Source: Cellvibrionales bacterium
GTDB lineage: Bacteria > Pseudomonadota > Gammaproteobacteria > Pseudomonadales > JAHEIH01
Direction: 5' to 3'
Assembly (NCBI GenBank): GCA_024639455.1
Contig: JAHEIH010000027.1
Coordinates: forward strand, 178,822 to 242,821
DNA length: 64,000 nucleotides
Positions 57,595 to 64,000 of the stretch are shown in pieces. The position numbers and the translations under genes were made by a program. Position 1 is the stretch's first letter; the number at the start of each line of letters is the position of its first letter. The notes below the pieces were generated by a model. That model had not been told where the DNA came from. It saw nothing but the letters and a program-made list of their open reading frames with translations, and did no database searches.

Positions 57595-58680
57595 ATGCGC
57601 AAACTCATACCATTGTTCTTGTGTTACGCGACCGGCACCCAAGCCGAGCTTAGCGCCATGTACACCAGCGATATTGCCTCGGTAATCGATGGCGGTCTCA
57701 AGCGCGGAACGGCGTATTTAGATAATGTTGAACTTAATGCCAACGGCACTTCGTCGCAAGGCGAGTGGAACGGCACCCTGCTCTATACCAACAACAACAC
57801 CTTCTCCGATATGTATTCCGGAGATGGCCAAGTCGCCAGTAACATTGACAACACAAGCATGATCCGGATTTACGAGCTGTGGTACCGCCATGATCTCGAA
57901 CAACAGTCGTGGCAGCTTGGTCTGATTGATTTAAACGGTGTATACGACGCCATCGACACCGCAGGTCTTTTTTTGAACTCCTCCCATGGTATTGGGCCGG
58001 ATTACTCGCAGTCAGGTGCCAATGGTCCCTCCATCTTCCCGGTCACATCGCTGGCTGTTAACTGGCAATGGCAAGTTAATGACGACCTGCATTGGCAGGT
58101 AGGTGTGTTTGACGGCGTTCCAGGCGACCCAAGTAATTCTCATGCCAATACCATTTCACTTGGCGGCAATGACGGCGCCCTGATAACCAGCGAGCTCAAT
58201 CTGCAGCAGAATGATCTTCGCTACGCGGTTGGCGCCTGGCGCTACACCGCTAGCAGCGAATTTAGCGATGGCAGCGGCAGCGCCAAAAACGACGGTTTGT
58301 ATGCCATTGTTGAACACGCCGCTGGCGAGCACGATAATGCGATGGGTTGGTGGCTACGCGCAGGCTTGGCTGACAGAGACATCAATGCGGTAGAGAACTA
58401 TGTGGGGGCAGGTGTCACATTGCAGAACGTCAATGCTGATCGGCCCGATGACGTTATAGGAGTGGCCATAGCTTACGCCGGCAGCGCTGATCGATGGCGC
58501 GCCAATGAAGGTGCTGGCGGAGCAGAAACCGCCTTGGAGCTGACTTACAGCACCCAAGTAACCGATTGGTTAAGACTTCAACCTGACCTGCAATACGTCA
58601 TATCACCGAGCGCCGACAACGGTATCAAGAATGTAGTGATATTTATTTTGCGCGTAGAAATAGATCTGATGGCATTTTAG
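57595..58680 (+). CDS. Carbohydrate-selective porin, OprB family
   Basis: Signal peptide followed by the OprB-like C-terminal region LELTYSTQVTDWLRLQPDLQYVISP. Confidence 0.75.
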   Translation: MRKLIPLFLCYATGTQAELSAMYTSDIASVIDGGLKRGTAYLDNVELNANGTSSQGEWNGTLLYTNNNTFSDMYSGDGQVASNIDNTSMIRIYELWYRHDLEQQSWQLGLIDLNGVYDAIDTAGLFLNSSHGIGPDYSQSGANGPSIFPVTSLAVNWQWQVNDDLHWQVGVFDGVPGDPSNSHANTISLGGNDGALITSELNLQQNDLRYAVGAWRYTASSEFSDGSGSAKNDGLYAIVEHAAGEHDNAMGWWLRAGLADRDINAVENYVGAGVTLQNVNADRPDDVIGVAIAYAGSADRWRANEGAGGAETALELTYSTQVTDWLRLQPDLQYVISPSADNGIKNVVIFILRVEIDLMAF

Positions 58681-58691
58681 GAACGATGTAT

Positions 58692-58776
58692 TGGTGCCCG
58701 AGGGGAGACTCGAACTCCCACACCCGAAGGCGGCGGATTTTGAATCCGCTGCGTCTACCAATTCCGCCACTCGGGC
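58692..58776 (-). tRNA. tRNA-Leu, anticodon CAA (type II), with encoded CCA
   Basis: The minus strand reads GCCCGAGTGGCGGAATTGGTAGACGCAGCGGATTCAAAATCCGCCGCCTTCGGGTGTGGGAGTTCGAGTCTCCCCTCGGGCACCA. Confidence 0.93.
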
Positions 58777-58850
58777 ACAACCAAGACATCGATGCTATCT
58801 AGAAGCAGACTGCTGTAACAATAGCCGATCACAACAACCAAGAGGCGCGC

Positions 58851-58878
58851 ATTATAGCAATCTAACAACTTGGCGCAA
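58851..58878 (-). promoter_or_regulatory. Candidate sigma70 promoter for tRNA-Leu(CAA)
   Basis: The minus strand reads TTGCGC, a 16-nt spacer, then TATAAT and a GCGCGCC discriminator, the same discriminator as at tRNA-Leu(CAG). Confidence 0.45.
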
Positions 58879-58957
58879 GCCAAAATTGACAATTTTTTAA
58901 AGACCTGCGAAAAAGGCATACCTGCGTAAAAGGAACCTCCAACCACAAGGAAACACC

Positions 58958-60616
58958 ATGTCTAAACGCACCCTTTTTACTATCGCAATTATGAGCTTTG
59001 GCCTGCTAGGATGTAGCAATGACACGCCGCCTGAGTCCGCGGCAGATCCAAGTTACAGCGCTGTGAGTGGCAGTGAAAAGCGCTTCGATATCTATAGGCG
59101 TGTACCACTGACCGCCGACATTGCTCACCTAAGTAAAGATCAGCGCCACATGCTAAAAGAGATGTTTGCCGCAGCGCGTATTATGGATCAGCTGTTTTGG
59201 CTACAATCCTACGGCAATCCGGACTTTTTGATGCCCTATGTGAAAGGCACGAATGCGGCTATGTTTACCGACATTAACTATGGTCCCTGGGACCGCTTAG
59301 ACAACAATACCCCGTTCTTGGAAGGCTTTCAGAAAAAGCCACTGGGCGCCAAATTTTATCCTGCTGATATGAGTAAGGAGGAATTTGAGGCCTGGCAACA
59401 AATCGGTAAGGACGGTCTGTACAGCATTGTTACCCGTCGCGACGACGGCAGCCTTATGCTAACCCCCTATTCTAATGCCTATGGACCACAACTCACCCGC
59501 GCAGCAGAACACCTGCGCAAGGCCGCTGAATTGGCCGAGGATCCCATTTTTGCCGAGTACCTGACGCTGCGTGCTGATGCGCTGTTAAGCGATGATTACC
59601 AACCGTCTGACAGGCGTTGGATGGATATGACCGGCAACAAAGTCGACTTCGTGGTTGGACCGATTGAAACCTACGAAGATAGGCTGTTTGGTTACCGCAC
59701 GGCGTTTGAAGCCTACATTTTGATCAAAGATCTCGCCTGGTCTGAACGCTTGAGCCGCTTTGTGCAATACCTGCCCGAGTTACAGCGTAACCTGCCAGTA
59801 CCCGAGCAGTACAAACAAGAGGCGGTTGGCGGCAATTCGCAATTGAATGCCTACGACGTGGTGTACTACGCCGGCCATTCCAACGCCGGCTCAAAAACGA
59901 TTGCGATCAACCTGCCCAACGATGAAGAGGTACAACTGAGCAAAGGCACCCGCCGTTTGCAGCTAAAAAATGCCATGCAGGCCAAATTTGAGCATATTTT
60001 GCTTCCCATTGCCGACGTGCTGATCGCCCCCGCCCAACGCCAACACATCACCTTCGACGCCTTCTTTGCCAACACCATGTTCCACGAAGTGGCACATGGC
60101 CTTGGCATTAAAAAGACCATCGACAGCGGTGACAACGTGCGCACAGCCCTGCGGGAAACCGCTTCCGCCATTGAAGAGGGCAAGGCCGATATTTTGGGGC
60201 TGTACATGGTGACTCAGTTACACGCCAAAGGTGAACTTGGCGACGCCGCACTGGAAGATTTTTATGTTACTTTCATGGCTAGTATCTTCCGCTCAGTGCG
60301 CTTTGGCGCTGCGAGCGCGCACGGCAAGGCGAATATGATTCGCTTTAACTATTTCCTTGAAAATGGCGCGTTCGTTCGTGACCCTGACAGCGGCACCTAT
60401 CGTGTGAATATGGTAGGTATGCGCGAGGCGATGGCGAATTTGTCGCGTTTGATTTTGACCATTCAAGGCGATGGCGATCTGTTGGCGGCCCAGCGCTTGC
60501 TGGCCGATAGAGGCATCATTGGCGAGCAATTAGCGGCCGATTTATCGCGCTTGGCCGAGGCGAATATTCCTGTGGATGTGAGTTTCGAACAGGGCGAAAA
60601 ACAACTTGGCTTGTAA
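58958..60616 (+). CDS. Lipoprotein, zinc peptidase of the dipeptidyl-peptidase III (M49)-like family
   Basis: Lipobox FGLLGC. HEVAHG zinc motif followed by the second motif AIEEGKAD. Confidence 0.7.
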   Translation: MSKRTLFTIAIMSFGLLGCSNDTPPESAADPSYSAVSGSEKRFDIYRRVPLTADIAHLSKDQRHMLKEMFAAARIMDQLFWLQSYGNPDFLMPYVKGTNAAMFTDINYGPWDRLDNNTPFLEGFQKKPLGAKFYPADMSKEEFEAWQQIGKDGLYSIVTRRDDGSLMLTPYSNAYGPQLTRAAEHLRKAAELAEDPIFAEYLTLRADALLSDDYQPSDRRWMDMTGNKVDFVVGPIETYEDRLFGYRTAFEAYILIKDLAWSERLSRFVQYLPELQRNLPVPEQYKQEAVGGNSQLNAYDVVYYAGHSNAGSKTIAINLPNDEEVQLSKGTRRLQLKNAMQAKFEHILLPIADVLIAPAQRQHITFDAFFANTMFHEVAHGLGIKKTIDSGDNVRTALRETASAIEEGKADILGLYMVTQLHAKGELGDAALEDFYVTFMASIFRSVRFGAASAHGKANMIRFNYFLENGAFVRDPDSGTYRVNMVGMREAMANLSRLILTIQGDGDLLAAQRLLADRGIIGEQLAADLSRLAEANIPVDVSFEQGEKQLGL

Positions 60617-60626
60617 CTAGAATCGC

Positions 60627-60657
60627 GTGAGAGCTTGTTCGCAGCACCAGCTCTCAC
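60627..60657. terminator. Hairpin between convergent genes (possible terminator)
   Basis: GTGAGAGCT-13 nt-AGCTCTCAC, a 9-bp perfect stem. No clear U-tract. Confidence 0.35.
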
Positions 60658-60662
60658 AGTTG

Positions 60663-60989
60663 TTAATGCCTGACAGCGCAGGTAATACACAGCGTGGCGT
60701 AGGGAATCGCCTCTAAACGGCGCTCTTCAATCAGCTCACCGCAGCATTCACAACGACCATATTCGCCACTCACAATGCGCGTCAGCGCTTTACTGACCTG
60801 GGCAATTTCTTGCTGGGTTTCAAGCTCAAGCGAGTGCAAAATATCATCGTCTTCACGCTCCTGACTCTGCTCTTCAGCATCGCTGGAATGCGCTATATGA
60901 AGCTGGTGCTTGATGCTAGCAAGGCGCTCAAACAACGCCGCCCGCACCTCAATCAACGCCACTTCTACATCGTTGACATTGATGCTCAT
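60663..60989 (-). CDS. DksA/TraR-family C4 zinc-finger protein
   Basis: CECCGELIEERRLEAIPYATLCITC four-Cys finger. 108 aa. Confidence 0.8.
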   Translation of the reverse strand: MSINVNDVEVALIEVRAALFERLASIKHQLHIAHSSDAEEQSQEREDDDILHSLELETQQEIAQVSKALTRIVSGEYGRCECCGELIEERRLEAIPYATLCITCAVRH

Positions 60990-61228
60990 TAAGCACTCCG
61001 TTTTAGCATAGACACCATTTCATCTTTCAGCAGCAGGCGCTTTTTCTTAGTCTCTTCCTCGGTCATGGTGGTGACGGGAGTAGCCTCGTCTTCCATGGCT
61101 TCGATCGATTTGGTGAGATGGTGGTATTCCTCGAACAGGCGCTTGAAATGAGCATCGCTCATTTTCATGCTGTGGATCGCATCGCGGTATTCGGGCAGTT
61201 CGTGGATCAAATCATGGTGCTCTGTCAT
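60989..61228 (-). CDS. DUF465 (YdcH-like) small protein
   Basis: HHDLIHELPEYRDAIHSMKMSDAHFKRLFEEYHHL is typical of DUF465. TAATG overlap with the downstream DksA/TraR gene. Confidence 0.8.
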   Translation of the reverse strand: MTEHHDLIHELPEYRDAIHSMKMSDAHFKRLFEEYHHLTKSIEAMEDEATPVTTMTEEETKKKRLLLKDEMVSMLKRSA

Positions 61229-61347
61229 ATCAACTCTCCTTGGTTTGATAGGAGTGTATGTCAGGGCAAAAAAGCTGCTTTGATTTGCATCATCTTTTCA
61301 TCAGATCACGACGCTAGCGGCTATACTTGCGGCAAAAGGAGATACCT

Positions 61348-62004
61348 ATGCAATTGGTTATAGGCAATAAAAACTACTCATCATGGTCCTTACGCCCGTG
61401 GTTACTCTTGCGTCATTTCGGTGTCGACTTCACCGAAGTCAACGAGTCGTTGCGCGCCGACGGGTTGTCGCAGCGGCTTAATCACTACTCCCCCACCAAC
61501 CGTGTACCTGTTCTGATCGACGGCGAAAACTCGGTGTGGGACTCGCTCGCGATTGCTGAATACGTCAACGAACAATATCTGCAGGGGGCGGGTTGGCCAG
61601 AATCGCCCCATCTGCGCGCCTACGCTCGTAGCTTGGCCGCCGAAATGCACTCGGGGTTCAGCGCACTGCGCAACGCCATGCCGATGAATATTCGTGCCAC
61701 TCGTCGAATAGTCATTACCCCTGCCGTTCAGCGTGACTTAGATCGCATAACACACATCTTTGGCGAGGCGCGCTTAGCTCATCATGCCAATAGTCCTTGG
61801 TTGGCGGGGCGCTTTTCCTTCGCCGATTGCATGTATGCCCCTGTGACTAGCCGGCTAACAACTTACGGCGTGTCGCTCGGCAGCGCTGCCGATGAGTACG
61901 TAAAAATGATTCACGACCTTCCCGCCATGAAATGCTGGATTGCCGACGCCATGCAAGAAACTGACATTGTGCCCGAAGATGAGGCCGGCGAGGACGTTGA
62001 ATAG
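61348..62004 (+). CDS. Glutathione S-transferase family protein (YfcF-like)
   Basis: MQLVIGNKNYSSWSLRPW N-terminus. AAGGAG RBS before the ATG at 61348. Confidence 0.85.
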   Translation: MQLVIGNKNYSSWSLRPWLLLRHFGVDFTEVNESLRADGLSQRLNHYSPTNRVPVLIDGENSVWDSLAIAEYVNEQYLQGAGWPESPHLRAYARSLAAEMHSGFSALRNAMPMNIRATRRIVITPAVQRDLDRITHIFGEARLAHHANSPWLAGRFSFADCMYAPVTSRLTTYGVSLGSAADEYVKMIHDLPAMKCWIADAMQETDIVPEDEAGEDVE

Positions 62005-62010
62005 GCAGTG

Positions 62011-63095
62011 TTAATCCTGATACGTCAGTGAGACATCATAAAATTGCTGCTGAATTCGGATAAAGGCATCGAACATATCAGGGTCGAAGTGACTGCCCCG
62101 CCCCTCTTGCATGATCGCCACCGATTCATCGTGCGGTATGGGTTCTTTGTAGACCCGGCGACTAATCAGCGCGTCGTAGACATCGGCGATTGCCATCAAG
62201 CGTGCAGAAACGGGAATAGCCTCACCGGCTAGCCCCTCGGGGTAACCGCTGCCATCCCACTTTTCTTGGTGAGAGAGCGTGATCTCTTTAGCAACAATGA
62301 GAAACTCACTGGGCTCGCTTAGTTTTGTCTCGGCGGCGGCGATGGCATCACGGCCATACACCGTATGCAATTTCATGATTTCGAACTCTTCAACCGTCAA
62401 CTTACCCGGCTTGAGCAGAATGGCATCAGGCACCACCACCTTGCCAATATCGTGTAATGGCGCCGCCTTAAACAACAGCGTAATTCGCTCGGGGGTCAAG
62501 TATTCAGCAAACTTGGGGTGGGTTCTGAGCTCTTCTGCCAACAACGCACGTAAAGTTGGGTGCGGCGAATATGGTTACCCGTTTCGGGGTCGCGTGATTC
62601 GGCCAAAGCCCCCATTGCCTCCATGGCCACATCCTGCAGTTCGCCTAACTTTTGCGTGCGATCGCGAACCTTCTCTTCCAGTACATCGTTTTGCCGTTGT
62701 AACTGGTCGCGCGCTTCTTTCAACATCAGATGGTTCTTCACCCGTTCAAGCACAATGGGTGGACTGACCGGTTTGGTAATATAGTCTACCGCACCCAGTG
62801 AAAGCCCGTGGGTCTCGTCTTCCACGGCCACCTTGGCAGTCAAAAACATGACCGGAATGTCTTTTGTTTGCTTGTCAGCTTTAAGTCGTTCGCACACCTC
62901 GTAGCCATCCATATCGGGCATCATGATATCTAACAAAATGATATCAGGGGCGGGATTTGCTGCTGCCAACTCTAGCGCTTTGGCACCATTAATGGCTATC
63001 TTAGTTCGGTAGGTTTCCTTCAAAATATTGTTCAATAACGACACATTTGCCGGGGTATCATCGACAATTAATACTGTTTTTTTATCACCCATCAT
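62011..63095 (-). pseudogene. Response regulator with an HD-GYP domain (RpfG-like), interrupted by a -1 frameshift near 62545-62560
   Basis: ORF 62496..63095 encodes the REC domain and the start of the HD domain, ending ...ETGNHIRRTQLYVR. ORF 62011..62544 continues in another frame with LLAEELRTHPKF...HDIGK...HQEKWDGSGYP. Restoring a single nucleotide in CGT(T)TGTTG would join them into a protein of about 361 aa. Confidence 0.8.
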
Positions 63096-63115
63096 TCCTC
63101 TTTCCTAAATAGCCG

Positions 63116-64000
63116 TTACGCATGCATCTGCTCTTCTACTAATGTTGCGGCAGTAGCAAAGTCAAAACCCTCGATGGCCTCAGCCAACGTACTCATCACA
63201 TCGCTAGGTAAATGCTGCTGCAATGCCACGCGGTGTTCATTGAACAGCCACTCAGCCTCACCGTCATCACTCACGAGTAACGCGTGTAAATCTCGCAACA
63301 AAGCCAACACATCCACCTCCGTTGCAGCCACCGACGAATCAACCGGATGCTGCTCAAAATAATGCACCACGTCGGACAGGGTGGTTTCAAGCCGTTCGCA
63401 AAACAGCGGCGTTAATCGATCCACATCCGCTAAGCGCTGTTCGGAAATCGCGCTTTCAAGTTGCTGTGCACTATCGCGCACAATATCCGCACAAAGGTTT
63501 CCAGCCACCCCTTTGGTGGTATGCACCAATCTTTCCGCCAGGGCCCAATCCTTTGCCTCAAAAGCATTGCGATATTCGACCAAGTTCACGGCCTCGTCTT
63601 TCACAAAACGACCTAATAGATCCAAATAGAGCGACAGATTCCCACCCAAGCGACGCAGACCAAGCTCGGTATCAATACCTGTAATCGCTGGCGCAGAGAA
63701 ATTTTGCTCCGGCTTTTTCAATAGATTTGGCGTCGCCTCACCCAACCCTTCGCGCGGTTTGATCCATTGTACCAAGGCAAGCATCAAGGCAAGCATCAAG
63801 GCATTAGGGTCAATCGGCTTGGCAATATGGTCCTGCATACCTACCGCTAAACAACGCTCTTTATCGGCATTCATGGCATTTGCCGTCATTGCAACAATGG
63901 GTAATTGATCAAGACCTGGGTGATTGGCACGAATCAATTGGGTGGCTTCATAGCCGTCCATGACAGGCATTTGAATGTCCATCAACACAATGTCATAGCC
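63116..64000 (-). CDS. C-terminal part of a hybrid sensor kinase (REC + HPt domains); the 5' end lies beyond the window
   Basis: [15 protein letters not shown]...AMTANAM...HIAKPI (REC), then an HPt motif [11 protein letters not shown]. The frame is open to base 64000. Confidence 0.75.
   Translation of the reverse strand, partial: GYDIVLMDIQMPVMDGYEATQLIRANHPGLDQLPIVAMTANAMNADKERCLAVGMQDHIAKPIDPNALMLALMLALVQWIKPREGLGEATPNLLKKPEQNFSAPAITGIDTELGLRRLGGNLSLYLDLLGRFVKDEAVNLVEYRNAFEAKDWALAERLVHTTKGVAGNLCADIVRDSAQQLESAISEQRLADVDRLTPLFCERLETTLSDVVHYFEQHPVDSSVAATEVDVLALLRDLHALLVSDDGEAEWLFNEHRVALQQHLPSDVMSTLAEAIEGFDFATAATLVEEQMHA

Overview
The window looks like a chromosomal segment of a marine-type gammaproteobacterium. 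That assignment is my inference from gene content and protein style and cannot be verified here. It is densely coding housekeeping, catabolic and signalling DNA. I found no transposase, integrase, phage gene, CRISPR array or cas gene. From left to right the content is as follows. (1) Leu-type dehydrogenase 3' end, a STAS protein, ald, tRNA-Leu(CAG) with a 208-bp tandem array, and sthA. (2) A hydroxybenzoate cluster: AMP-ligase, MFS transporter, MarR, a large phenol-hydroxylase-type monooxygenase, pobA and pobR. (3) A long minus-strand operon of Rieske oxygenase, aldehyde dehydrogenase, soxBDAG and an extra FAD oxidase, with a divergent LysR gene. (4) A LysR gene divergent from a tightly coupled operon of a small membrane ORF, an SbtA-like permease, purE and purK. 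(5) ahpCF/oxyR, a RimK-like ATP-grasp protein, and DUF47-pit. (6) YgjP, an outer membrane protein and a beta-CASP hydrolase. (7) An acetate-switch-type locus: DEDD exonuclease, DUF294 nucleotidyltransferase, VC_2705-type symporter with its small subunit, a porin, and CrbR/CrbS-like regulators. (8) ilvC and an acyl-CoA dehydrogenase/enoyl-CoA hydratase pair. (9) H-NOX with its kinase. (10) tRNA-Arg(ACG) with a second repeat array, then azlCD, an MCP, an OprB-type porin and tRNA-Leu(CAA). (11) An M49-like peptidase, a DksA/TraR plus DUF465 pair, a GST, a frameshifted REC-HD-GYP regulator and the end of a hybrid kinase. The candidates most worth follow-up are the SbtA-like/purEK operon, the Rieske-ALDH-sox cluster, the uncharacterised DUF294/exonuclease module, the two tRNA-linked tandem arrays, and an orphan terminator upstream of azlCD. 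All functional calls rest on recognising motifs in the supplied translations. No database search was run.
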